NCBI GenBank assembly: GCA_041497675.1
Contig: JBGQGY010000043.1
Coordinates: 1-24,883, forward strand
From: a bacterium
GTDB taxonomy: Bacteria; Sysuimicrobiota; Sysuimicrobiia; Sysuimicrobiales; Humicultoraceae
Length of the DNA: 24,883 bases
Direction: 5' to 3'
This document shows positions 1 through 8,641 of this stretch, piece after piece. The first letter of the stretch is position 1; every line of letters starts with the position of its first letter. Position numbers and translations under genes: made by a program. The notes beneath the pieces are model-generated. The model was not told the DNA's origin. It worked only from the letters and a program-made list of their open reading frames with translations, and ran no database searches.

Positions 1-114
1 CGCACTCTCAGCCCGACGTTCGGGCTCCCCCAGCGGTGCCATATGAAATTGGGTTCGCTGTGAGTATACGCTATCTGGGCCGGGGTTGTAAGATGGTGGG
101 TGGAGGGTTTGTCT

Positions 115-306
115 ATGCCGAATGTGGGGATCGGCGAATGGATGATCATTTTGGTGGTCCTGCTGCTGCTCTTTGGCCCGAGCAAGCTCGCGGGTCTGGG
201 CGCCGCGGCCGGGAAGACGATCAAAGAGTTCCGTAATGCGATGAGTGAATCGGTGAACGAGATCAAGGACGACAAGACGGACAAGACGGACAAGCCGCAA
301 GCGTGA
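115..306 (+). CDS. tatA: Twin-arginine translocase subunit TatA/TatE
   Basis: 63 aa, MPNVGIGEWMIILVVLLLLFGPSKLAGLGAAAGKTIKEFRNAM: short TM helix, FG hinge, amphipathic helix ending G..IKEFR, charged tail. ATG at 115 follows GGAGGG at about 102-107. Confidence 0.93.
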   Translation: MPNVGIGEWMIILVVLLLLFGPSKLAGLGAAAGKTIKEFRNAMSESVNEIKDDKTDKTDKPQA

Positions 307-309
307 TCG

Positions 310-1944
310 CTACACGCTGATCGCCCCGGCGCGAAAATTGCTGGCGCCCATCTCCACGTTCACCAGCGCCGGCAATCCCGATTCCAGCGCCCGCTGGAGC
401 GCGGGCCGGATGTCGTCCGGCTTCGTCACGTGCTCGCCGTGCCCGCCCAGTCCTGCGACCACGCGGTCATACCGCGCGTGTCCCAGTGCCGTCGCCACTG
501 CACGTTCCTTCCCAAACACCTGCACCTGCAGCCGACGGATCTGCGTCCACCCGGCGTCGTTGCCCACGACGGCGACGAACGGGATCTGCTGCCGCACCGC
601 GGCTTCGAACTCCATAAGATCAAGCCCCGCTGCGCCGTCACCCATCAGCAGGACGACCTGACCGTCCGGCCGCGCGAGCCGTGACGCCAGCGCGAAGCCG
701 GGTCCGATGCCCAGCGTGCCCAACGGACCGGGGTCTAGCCACCCGGCCGGGTATCGCCTGGGGCGCACCACATACGCCGCCGTGCCGACGAAATCGCCGC
801 CGTCGCCGATGACGGTCGCGTCTTCGCCGAGCCACTGATCGATCTCCCAGCACAGCCGGAGCGGGTCAATCGGCGATGCGTTGGACTTGGCACCGGCTTC
901 AATTGAAGAGCGCGCCTCGCGCTCGGCCCCCCGCACGCCTTCGAGCCATCGCGCCCGAGCGTCGCGATCTGACGGGACCACACCGCTCTGCGCGATCTGA
1001 TCGAGCACGACGCCGGTATCTCCGGCGATGCCAACCGCGGGCTCGCGGTTGCGACCCAATTCGGTGGCGTTCAGATCGATCTGGACCAGCGCGGCCGCCG
1101 CGTTGATCGACTGGCCGTAGTTCAATCGGAAATCCAGCGGCGTGCCGGCGACCAGCACGACGTCGGCGTTCTGCAACGTCTGCTTGCGCGACTGTCCGAA
1201 CGCAAGCGGATGATCCCATTTCATCACACCCCTGGCCATGCCGCTCGCGTACACCGGGACCTGCGCCGCCTCGGCAAACCGGCGCACCACGTCGAGATCG
1301 GGTGACCAGCGGATCTGACTGCCGACCAGCAACGCCGGTCGCGTGGCCTCGCGCAGCATGCGCGCGGCCGCTTCGGCGGCGCCGGCGTCGCCCGGAATCG
1401 CGGCCTTCGGCGGCAGCGGGTCACCGGGTTTCAGCGCGGCCGACCCCAACATCACGTCGAGGGGGACTTCGACATAGACGGGCGCGGGCACGCCGTTCAT
1501 CGCCACGCGGCAGGCCTGCGCGACGGATTCGCTCAGCCGTGCCGTTTCGATCACCTGGACGGCCCACTTCGTGATCGGCCGCAGCAACGACAGGTGATCC
1601 ATCTCCTGCAGGCTGCCGCGGCCCTGGGCGGGCAGCGGGCCCTGGCCGCCGATGACGACGACCGGACTCTGCGCGCGCCAGGCGTTGGCGATAGCCGTGA
1701 CGGCGTTGCACACCCCGGGCCCCGACGTGACGGCCGCGGCACCCGGCCGGCCGGTGAGACGCGCCCAGGCGTCGGCTGCGTAGACCGCCGCCTGCTCGTG
1801 ACGCACGTCGACCACGCGGATGCCTTCATCGATGCATCCATCGTAGATGTGCATGATGTGGCCGCCGCACAGTGTGAACAGGACCTCAATGCCTGCCCGC
1901 TTCAGCGCCGACGCGATGAGTCTGCCGCCGTGAACGTCTGCCAT
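310..1944 (-). CDS. Thiamine-diphosphate-dependent enzyme, acetolactate-synthase-like, ILVBL/HACL2 (2-hydroxyacyl-CoA lyase)/IlvG subfamily
   Basis: Start MADVHGG (ATG at 1944, 544 aa). Has VRHEQAA with the catalytic Glu, TSGPG, the ThDP motif GDGAAG...[27 protein letters not shown] and the C-terminus NFRAGAISV. The ORF-track extension to 2427 overlaps the divergent gene and is rejected. Confidence 0.88.
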   Translation of the reverse strand: MADVHGGRLIASALKRAGIEVLFTLCGGHIMHIYDGCIDEGIRVVDVRHEQAAVYAADAWARLTGRPGAAAVTSGPGVCNAVTAIANAWRAQSPVVVIGGQGPLPAQGRGSLQEMDHLSLLRPITKWAVQVIETARLSESVAQACRVAMNGVPAPVYVEVPLDVMLGSAALKPGDPLPPKAAIPGDAGAAEAAARMLREATRPALLVGSQIRWSPDLDVVRRFAEAAQVPVYASGMARGVMKWDHPLAFGQSRKQTLQNADVVLVAGTPLDFRLNYGQSINAAAALVQIDLNATELGRNREPAVGIAGDTGVVLDQIAQSGVVPSDRDARARWLEGVRGAEREARSSIEAGAKSNASPIDPLRLCWEIDQWLGEDATVIGDGGDFVGTAAYVVRPRRYPAGWLDPGPLGTLGIGPGFALASRLARPDGQVVLLMGDGAAGLDLMEFEAAVRQQIPFVAVVGNDAGWTQIRRLQVQVFGKERAVATALGHARYDRVVAGLGGHGEHVTKPDDIRPALQRALESGLPALVNVEMGASNFRAGAISV

Positions 1945-2059
1945 CGCGCACATCATTCGACAGCGATCGTTCGAATCCCACGCGGCGTCCCGCGCGCACG
2001 GGAGGAGATGCGGGGCGAACCGATAACCTACGCAGCAGTCCCGTACGCGAGGAGGCCAG

Positions 2060-3673
2060 ATGCCGCCGCACCGCCATGCGTATCGCCCGGTCGTCATGGG
2101 GAAGCGAGGAGTCGTCACGTCCGCCCATCCGCTGGCCTCGATGGCCGGCGCGCAGGTGCTGCTCGAGGGCGGCAACGCGGTGGACGCCGCCGTCGCGGTG
2201 GGCAGCACGCTGAACGTCGTCGAGCCCTTCATGTCCGGCATCGGCGGGGTCGGGATCATGGTGTTGGCGACCGGCGGCGAGCGACACATCCTCAACTTCG
2301 TCGGGCGTGTGCCGCAGGCGGCCGATCCTGACCGGGCGACGAAGGCCGACCTCGAAGGGGGCCCGAGGGCCTGTTTGACGCCGGGCAACCTGGGCGGATG
2401 GCTCGCGGCCCACGAGCGCTTCGGCACGATGCCCCGACCGTCCGTCTTCGCGCCCGCGATCCGTCTGGCGACCGATGGGTTCCCGCTGACGTGGAAGAAC
2501 TGTGAGTTCTTCGAGAAAGCGCGCGTGACGCTGGCCCGTTCGGCTGAAGCGCAGCGAGTCTATCTCGGCAGCGACCCGCGGCCGGGCCGAATGCTCGTGC
2601 AGAAGGACCTTGGCGGGACACTTCGGCAGGTGGCCGAGGGCGGCGCGGATGTCGTCTATCGCGGCGCCGTGGGCCGCGCGATCTGCCGGGCGGTTCGCGA
2701 CGCGGGTGGGTGGCTCTCGGAAGACGACCTGGCCGCGTTTGCCCCTGAGTGGCTGGCGCCGATTGCAATGCCGTACAAGGCCGTTGAGGTCCTCACCGTC
2801 CCTCCGCCGTTCGTCGCGTTCCAGGCGTTGCAGACCCTGGGCATCATGGAAGGCTTCGATCTCGCGGGATGGGGACACAACTCGGTCGACTATCTGCACC
2901 ACTTCATCGAGGCGGTGAAACTCGCCACCGCCGATCGCCTGGCGTACGGCTACACGGCCGAGATTCCGGTCGCCGGCCTGACCTCGAGGGCGTATGCGAT
3001 GTCGCAACGCGCTCGCATCGATCCGCGCCGGGCCGGGGTCAGCGAAGGCGAGCGGTACAATCCACAACGCCTGCCCGGTCAGATCGAGGCGGGCCATCCG
3101 GTCGAGTTTGCACGCGAGCACACGACGCACTTCGCGTGCGCGGACGCCGGCGGCAACGTCGTCACTGTGACGCAGACCCTGGGCGCGCCGTTTGGGTCTG
3201 GGTTCGCGGTGCCGGGCACCGGCATCGTGCTGAACAATCTGCTGCAGTGGCAAGACCTCGATGCGGCCAGTCCCAACCGCGTGCGCCCCGGCCGCAAGGT
3301 CGGCACCAACATGGCGCCCATGCAGATCTTCCGCGACGGCCGGTTCTTCATGTCGATCGGCACGCCCGGATCGTACGGCATCTTGCAGACGACCCCGCAG
3401 ATGTTGTTGAACGTGTTGGAGTTTGAGATGAACATCCAGGAAGCGATCGAGGCGCCCCGCGTGCGCGTCTACCGGGACCGTCTCGTCGACGCCGAGAGCC
3501 GCGTCGCCGCCGATACGCGCGATGATCTCGCGCGCCGTGGGCACCAGGTCAACGTCATCGATGACTGGTCGTGGGTCGTCGGCGGCGGTCAGGGGATCAC
3601 GCGCGACCCGGAGTCCGGCGCGTTGCAGGGTGGCGCGGATCCGCGCCGCGATGGGTACGCGATCGCGGTGTAG
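2060..3673 (+). CDS. Gamma-glutamyltransferase-family Ntn hydrolase with a non-canonical substrate pocket
   Basis: GGNAVDAAVA, EPFMSGIGG, autoprocessing site H/TTHF (Thr codon at 3122), FGSG...GIVLNN, AIEAPR and C-terminal GGADPRRDG. RBS GAGGAGG lies upstream. Confidence 0.9.
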   Translation: MPPHRHAYRPVVMGKRGVVTSAHPLASMAGAQVLLEGGNAVDAAVAVGSTLNVVEPFMSGIGGVGIMVLATGGERHILNFVGRVPQAADPDRATKADLEGGPRACLTPGNLGGWLAAHERFGTMPRPSVFAPAIRLATDGFPLTWKNCEFFEKARVTLARSAEAQRVYLGSDPRPGRMLVQKDLGGTLRQVAEGGADVVYRGAVGRAICRAVRDAGGWLSEDDLAAFAPEWLAPIAMPYKAVEVLTVPPPFVAFQALQTLGIMEGFDLAGWGHNSVDYLHHFIEAVKLATADRLAYGYTAEIPVAGLTSRAYAMSQRARIDPRRAGVSEGERYNPQRLPGQIEAGHPVEFAREHTTHFACADAGGNVVTVTQTLGAPFGSGFAVPGTGIVLNNLLQWQDLDAASPNRVRPGRKVGTNMAPMQIFRDGRFFMSIGTPGSYGILQTTPQMLLNVLEFEMNIQEAIEAPRVRVYRDRLVDAESRVAADTRDDLARRGHQVNVIDDWSWVVGGGQGITRDPESGALQGGADPRRDGYAIAV

Positions 3674-3684
3674 AGGGGGCGGCA

Positions 3685-4566
3685 ATGAAGATCGGCCTGC
3701 AGATCCCGAACTTTCTCTGGCCCGGCTGGCCGCAGAATGCCGGCGCAAAGCTGGCCGAGATCGCCCGTGCCGCAGACGAGGCCGGGTTCGCCAGCCTCTG
3801 GGTCATGGATCACGTTTTTCAGATTCGCCATCTTGGGCCACCGGACGATCCCATGCTGGAGGCATACAATGCGCTCGGGTTCATGGCGGCCGCGACGAAA
3901 CGCGCGCGGCTCGGGACGATGGTGACCGCCGTCGTCTACCGCCATCCCGGCATGTTGATCAAGTCCGTGACGACGCTCGACGTGCTCTCCGGTGGGCGCG
4001 CGTATTTTGGCATCGGCGCGGCCTGGAATCAGCAGGAGGCCGTCGGGCTCGGGCTCCCGTTTCCGCCGTTGAAGGAACGTTTTCAGCGCCTCGAAGAGAC
4101 GCTGCGGATCGCGAGGCAGATGTGGGCGGACGACGTCACACCCTTCAACGGCACACACTACCGGCTCGCTGAGCCGATCAGCAGCCCACAGCCGCTGTCG
4201 CGTCCGCATCCACCGATCTTGATCGGCGGCGGGGGCGAGAAGAAGACACTGCGGCTGGTCGCAAAGTACGGCGACGCGTGCAACCTGTTTGCCGCGTTTG
4301 GCGCCGAGGTGATCACGAGGAAGCTCGACATCTTGAAGCGCCACTGTGACGCGGTGGGACGACGCTACGATGACATCGAGCGGACATCGCTCGGCACGGC
4401 GAACGTCGCGACGGGCGGCATGTCAGCCTCGGATGTGATCAACACGTGCCGGATGCTCGCGCGTGTCGGCATCCAGCACGCGATCTTCAACATGCCGAAC
4501 GTGTCGGAGATTACCCCGCTGGTGACGTTTGGCAGAGAGGTCATCCCCGCCGTCGCCGGAATCTAA
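3685..4566 (+). CDS. LLM-class (luciferase-like) probable F420-dependent oxidoreductase, Rv1855c/TIGR03560-like
   Basis: MKIGLQIPNF.WPG, WVMDHVFQI, MLEAY, LGTMVT...YRHPG, TLDVLSGGRAYFGIGAAW, PPILIGGGGEKKTLRLVAKYGDACN. ATG at 3685, 11 nt after the GGT-like stop. Confidence 0.9.
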   Translation: MKIGLQIPNFLWPGWPQNAGAKLAEIARAADEAGFASLWVMDHVFQIRHLGPPDDPMLEAYNALGFMAAATKRARLGTMVTAVVYRHPGMLIKSVTTLDVLSGGRAYFGIGAAWNQQEAVGLGLPFPPLKERFQRLEETLRIARQMWADDVTPFNGTHYRLAEPISSPQPLSRPHPPILIGGGGEKKTLRLVAKYGDACNLFAAFGAEVITRKLDILKRHCDAVGRRYDDIERTSLGTANVATGGMSASDVINTCRMLARVGIQHAIFNMPNVSEITPLVTFGREVIPAVAGI

Positions 4567-4612
4567 GATCCATCGTCCTGCTCGTCCAAACCATGTTCTG
4601 CGGAGGCCATCG

Positions 4613-5746
4613 ATGCGCACGATCGGTACGGGGATCTATGAGTCGCTCGGCGTCAGACGCGTCATCAACGGCATGGGAAACGTGACGCTGCTGGGGGGCT
4701 CAACGCTTGCGCCGAAGGTCCTGGCGGCGATGGAAGAAGCGAACGGGACGTTCGTCGATATGGAAGAGTTGCTCGCGAAGTCTGGTCAGGCCGTCGCGGG
4801 CATCCTTGGCGCCGAAGCCGCGCTGGTGACCTGTGGATGCTTTTCCGCGATGGTGATGGGCGCGGCCGCGATCATGGTGGGGAAGGATCCGGATCGGATC
4901 GCACGGCTCCCTGATACAAGCGGGCTGAAGAACGAGTTCTTGATCCAGAAGCCGACGCGCTATCACTACGACCGCGCGGTCACCGTGCCGGGTGGGAAAC
5001 TGTTGGAAGTGGGAGGGGACCGCGAGACGACCGCCGCGCAACTCGAGGCCGCCATCGGTGCGCGAACCGCCGGCGTCCTCTACGCCGCGCGTTCCGAGGG
5101 GAACAGCGGTGTCCTATCCCTCACCGACGTCGTCCGCATTGCGAAGAACAAGGGCGTCGCGGTGCTGGTTGATGCGGCGGCCGAGATCTACCCGCTTGAC
5201 CGCATGACGTGGGTGGCGGGCAAGAGCGGCGCCGACCTGGTGTGTTTTGGCGCGAAGTATTTGGGCTCGGCCAACTCCACCGGCATTATCTGCGGACGCA
5301 AGGGACTGATCGAAGCCGTGGTCGCGCAGGGCTTCATCTCCTTTGAGACCGCCGACACCCATACCGTGGGCCGTGGGTATAAGGTGGATCGTCAAGAAAT
5401 CGTCGGGACTGTGGTTGCGTTGCGCGAGTGGTTCGCGGCCGACCACGCGGCGCGCCTCGCCGCGCAGGAGCAGCGCGTGCAGACGATCATGCAGGGGCTC
5501 GCGGGTCTGCCCCATGTAAAGGCCGAGCGCCTGTGGCCGCGTAAAGGCGCGTGGCTGCAGGTTCGCGTCGCCTTCGATGCGGCGAAGATCGGGAAGAGCG
5601 CCACCGCCGTTCACCAAGCGCTTCGAGCGGGCGATCCGAGCATCCGGGTGCGACTCGAGGAAGGCCAGATCGTCATCGCCGTCAACAATCTCAAGGAAGG
5701 CGAGGATCGGATCGTCGTCGATCGCCTGCGGCGAGAACTGTCATAG
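4613..5746 (+). CDS. SelA-like PLP-dependent enzyme (DgaE/D-glucosaminate-6-P ammonia-lyase-related)
   Basis: IYESLGVRRVING.G.VT.LGGS, AEAALVT, VLVDAAAE (PLP Asp), GADLVCFGAK (PLP Lys), GRGYKVDRQEIVG. 377 aa with no SelA N-terminal domain. RBS GGAGG at 4602. Confidence 0.85.
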   Translation: MRTIGTGIYESLGVRRVINGMGNVTLLGGSTLAPKVLAAMEEANGTFVDMEELLAKSGQAVAGILGAEAALVTCGCFSAMVMGAAAIMVGKDPDRIARLPDTSGLKNEFLIQKPTRYHYDRAVTVPGGKLLEVGGDRETTAAQLEAAIGARTAGVLYAARSEGNSGVLSLTDVVRIAKNKGVAVLVDAAAEIYPLDRMTWVAGKSGADLVCFGAKYLGSANSTGIICGRKGLIEAVVAQGFISFETADTHTVGRGYKVDRQEIVGTVVALREWFAADHAARLAAQEQRVQTIMQGLAGLPHVKAERLWPRKGAWLQVRVAFDAAKIGKSATAVHQALRAGDPSIRVRLEEGQIVIAVNNLKEGEDRIVVDRLRRELS

Positions 5747-5786
5747 CCCAGGCGGGTGCCAAGGCTGGCATGTGCCTGGGTTATGA
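5741..5786. terminator. Long inverted repeat between convergent genes, a probable bidirectional terminator
   Basis: TCATAGCCCAGGC (5741-5753) pairs with GCCTGGGTTATGA (5774-5786) at 12/13 positions plus one G-U. Inner stem TGCCA/TGGCA around loop AGGC. It covers both stop codons. There is no long U tract. Confidence 0.6.
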
Positions 5787-8564
5787 AGGGCGCCCGGCGC
5801 CCTCGGGGACGCTGGCCAGCGCGAACTCGATTGCCTGCTCTGGCGGCAGCGCACGCCCGGCGGCCCAGGCGGTCTTGAAGCGGTCCTCGCCCAAGGCCTG
5901 ACGCGTCTCTGCGACGCGCCCTTCGTGCTCCTTGCGGATCAACGCCGGGACGCTGCCGCCCACGCGCTCGCGCATCGCCTCGGCCGCGCCGAGCAGACGC
6001 GTCGCGCGGTCGAAGTCGCCCAGCCCCGCGGCCGTGCACCCCAGGGCGGCCACACACGTGGCCATCCCGCGCCGGTCCTCGAGCTCCTTTCGAAGCGCCA
6101 GGCTGTCGCCATATAGCCGCGCGGCGCGCGCGTGCTCGCCGAGGGCCGACGCGACGGCGCCCAGATTGAGTTGGGTGTACGAGATGTAGGATTTGTCGCC
6201 CAACTGCCGGAGTACGCCCAGGGCTTCTTCAAAAAGCGACACCGCGCGCGCAAGATCGCCTTGTTCTCTCGTGACGATCCCCAGATTGACCAACATGATG
6301 CCCATGCCCCACTGGGTTCCGAGGGCGCGCATGCCCTGGATGCTCTCTTCCATCAGCGCCCTGGCCCTGGGAAGGTCCTTTTCTTCACGTGCGACCAGCC
6401 CCAGGATGCCCTGCGCCCACGCGGTGCCCCAGTTGTCGCCGGCCTCGCGTGAGAGGTTTAGGCTCTCGCCGCTCAACTCCTCGGCCTGCTTGTAATCTTC
6501 CACGCGGCAGGCGTAGGTGCCCAAGATGACCAGACACGAGGCGGTCGTGCGCTTGTCGCCGAGTTGCCGCGACAGTTCCAGGCTCTCCTGCGCAAGCGCT
6601 TTCGATTCCGCCATGTCGTACTGGCGCAGCGCGATGCCGCTGGCCGCGTTGAGCGCTTTGGCGCGTGCGGCCGCGGAGACGCCTTCCGTTCGCGCGAGCG
6701 CCGCTTTCAGCCACCGCCGGGCCTCGGTCCAGTAGCCGCGCACCTCCCAGAACCACCACAACGACCCTGCGAGCCGCGTCGCCGCGTCGGCGCCCTTCGC
6801 GTCGGCGATCGACCACTCCAGCGCCGCGCGGTAATTATCGTGCTCGATCTCCAGCCGATCGAGCCAGGTCTTCTGCTCGGGGCCCGTCAGTTCGAGTTCG
6901 GCCCGTTCGGCCAGGTTCTGGTAGAAGTCGCGGTGCCGGTTGCGGACGCGCTCGACCTCGCCCGCTTCGATCATCCGGTCGAAGCTGTACTGGCGGATCG
7001 TTTCGAGCAGCCGGTACCGTACCTCGCTGCCCGCCCGGTCGTCGACGGTCACGAGCGACTTGTCCACCAGACGGCTGAGCAGGTCGAGTACGTACGACGA
7101 GTCGAGATCGGCTTCCGCGCAGACGTTCTCGGCCGCTTCCAGCGTGAACCCCCCGACAAACACCGAGAGCCGCCGGAAGGCCGCGCGTTCCTCTTCGGGC
7201 AACAGGTCGTAGCTCCAGTCCATCGCCGCCCGAAGCGTCTGGTGGTGCGGCAGGCCGGTGCGCGCGCCACCGGTCAGCAGGCGGAATCGGTCGTTGAGGC
7301 GCGCGGCGATCTGGTCCAGCGAGAGCACCTTCACCCGCGCGGCCGCAAGTTCTAACGCCAGCGGGATGCCGTCGAGCCGGCGGCAGATCGCGGCGATGAC
7401 CTTGGCGTTGCTCATCGTGACCGTGAAACCGGGCTGTTGGAACGTGGCCCGTTCGACGAACAGACGCACCGCCGCGAAGTGGCCGACGCTCTCGGGGGAT
7501 GCCGCCTCCTGGGGATCGGGCAGGGGGAGAGGGGGCACCCGGTAGACGAGTTCGCCCGTAATGCCGAGCGTCTCGCGGCTTGTCGCCAGGATGCGCAGGT
7601 TTGGCGCCTGCCGCAGCAAGCCCGAGCACAAGTCGGCGGCCGCGGCCAGCACGTGCTCGCAGTTGTCCAACACCATCATGAGTGACTTTGGGCGCAGGTA
7701 GTCGACCAGCGCCTCGAGGGGCCCGCGCGCAGGCTCTCTCAGGCCGACCGCCGACGCCGCCGTCTGAGCCACCAGGGCGGGATCGGAGATCGGCGCCAGA
7801 TCCACGAGCCACACGCCGTCGTGCAGCAGATCGACACACTCCGCCGCGATCTGGAGCGCGAGCCGCGTCTTGCCCGCGCCGCCCGGGCCCAGCAACGTCA
7901 ACAGGTGCGTGGTCGCCATCGAGCGCTTGATGTCGGCGATTTCCTGCTCGCGTCCGATGAACGACGTCAACTGGACGGGCAGGTTGTTGGGCATGGCGTC
8001 CAGCGAGTGCAGGGCGGGGAACTCGTGCGGCAGGTCGTGGTGTAGCACCTGGAAGAGGTCTTCGGGCCGCGCGAGATCCTTCAGACGGTGTGGACCCAAC
8101 CCACGCAGCGTCACGCCCTCGGGCGGCTCGTGCTCGATCAGCGCGCCGGTGGATTGGGAGAGGAGGATCTGCCCGCCCCACCCCACCGACGCGATGCGCG
8201 CCGCGCGATGCACGTCGAGACCGACGTAGTCACCGCCGGCGAGCGCACCCTCGCCGGTGTGCAGACCCATGCGGACCCGTACGGTCACGCCTTCGGGCCA
8301 GGTGTGTCGGGCGACTGCGCGCTGCGCGTCGACCGCGGCGGCGACGGCGTCGCGGGGACGCACGAAGACCACGAAGAATCCGTCGCCGGCGGTGCCGACT
8401 TCACGGCCGCTGTGTCGCTGGAAGGCCTCCCGGAGCAGCCGGCGCTGGTCTTCGAGCACCTGCGCGTACCGGTCCCCCAGGGTCTGAAGCAGTCGCGTGG
8501 AACCCTCGATGTCAGTGAAGAGAAACGTGACCGTGCCGGTCGGAAGCTCGGACGTTGCCGTCAC
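5781..8564 (-). CDS. Class III adenylate/guanylate cyclase domain + STAND (NB-ARC) ATPase + TPR protein
   Basis: LPTGTVTFLFTDIEGST, GDGFF, VRMGLHTG, LGPHRLKDL, NNLP..LTSFIGRE, Walker A GPGGAGKT, Walker B VLDNCEH, GIPLALELAA, winged helix LSRLVDKSL, then about 40-aa TPR-like repeats. No C-terminal LuxR HTH. GTG start. Confidence 0.93.
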   Translation of the reverse strand: MTATSELPTGTVTFLFTDIEGSTRLLQTLGDRYAQVLEDQRRLLREAFQRHSGREVGTAGDGFFVVFVRPRDAVAAAVDAQRAVARHTWPEGVTVRVRMGLHTGEGALAGGDYVGLDVHRAARIASVGWGGQILLSQSTGALIEHEPPEGVTLRGLGPHRLKDLARPEDLFQVLHHDLPHEFPALHSLDAMPNNLPVQLTSFIGREQEIADIKRSMATTHLLTLLGPGGAGKTRLALQIAAECVDLLHDGVWLVDLAPISDPALVAQTAASAVGLREPARGPLEALVDYLRPKSLMMVLDNCEHVLAAAADLCSGLLRQAPNLRILATSRETLGITGELVYRVPPLPLPDPQEAASPESVGHFAAVRLFVERATFQQPGFTVTMSNAKVIAAICRRLDGIPLALELAAARVKVLSLDQIAARLNDRFRLLTGGARTGLPHHQTLRAAMDWSYDLLPEEERAAFRRLSVFVGGFTLEAAENVCAEADLDSSYVLDLLSRLVDKSLVTVDDRAGSEVRYRLLETIRQYSFDRMIEAGEVERVRNRHRDFYQNLAERAELELTGPEQKTWLDRLEIEHDNYRAALEWSIADAKGADAATRLAGSLWWFWEVRGYWTEARRWLKAALARTEGVSAAARAKALNAASGIALRQYDMAESKALAQESLELSRQLGDKRTTASCLVILGTYACRVEDYKQAEELSGESLNLSREAGDNWGTAWAQGILGLVAREEKDLPRARALMEESIQGMRALGTQWGMGIMLVNLGIVTREQGDLARAVSLFEEALGVLRQLGDKSYISYTQLNLGAVASALGEHARAARLYGDSLALRKELEDRRGMATCVAALGCTAAGLGDFDRATRLLGAAEAMRERVGGSVPALIRKEHEGRVAETRQALGEDRFKTAWAAGRALPPEQAIEFALASVPEGAGRPS

Positions 8565-8641
8565 CCCGCGCGGAAGAGCTGTGTCGCGTGGATCGATTTC
8601 GGTGCGAGGGCGGGCCGGCTCCTGCTGCGGGGGTGTGGAAC

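Noticed and set aside
10..26. Perfect 7-bp hairpin AGCCCGA-cgt-TCGGGCT
   Set aside because: No U tract and no upstream context at the window edge, so no function can be assigned.
271..297. 9-bp tandem repeat GACAAGACG x2 + GACAAGCCG
   Set aside because: It simply encodes DKT-DKT-DKP in the low-complexity TatA tail.
1945..2427. 161-aa N-terminal extension of the ThDP enzyme in the ORF track
   Set aside because: It overlaps the divergent GGT-like gene, and family homology begins at MADVHGG (1944).
1886..3748. 620-aa minus-strand ORF
   Set aside because: Antisense shadow of the GGT-like gene. It has no motifs, and such ORFs are expected in GC-rich DNA.
4613..5746. Call as selenocysteine synthase selA
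   Set aside because: Too short, lacks the N-terminal tRNA-binding domain, and has no sel genes nearby.
6835..8181. 448-aa alternative-frame ORF inside the cyclase-STAND gene
   Set aside because: Arg/Ala/Gly/Pro-rich off-frame translation with no motifs.
8596..8626. SigH-like GCAGGA...GAAAT on the minus strand upstream of the cyclase gene
   Set aside because: The spacing (19 nt) and -10 do not fit well, and it is a single unsupported instance.
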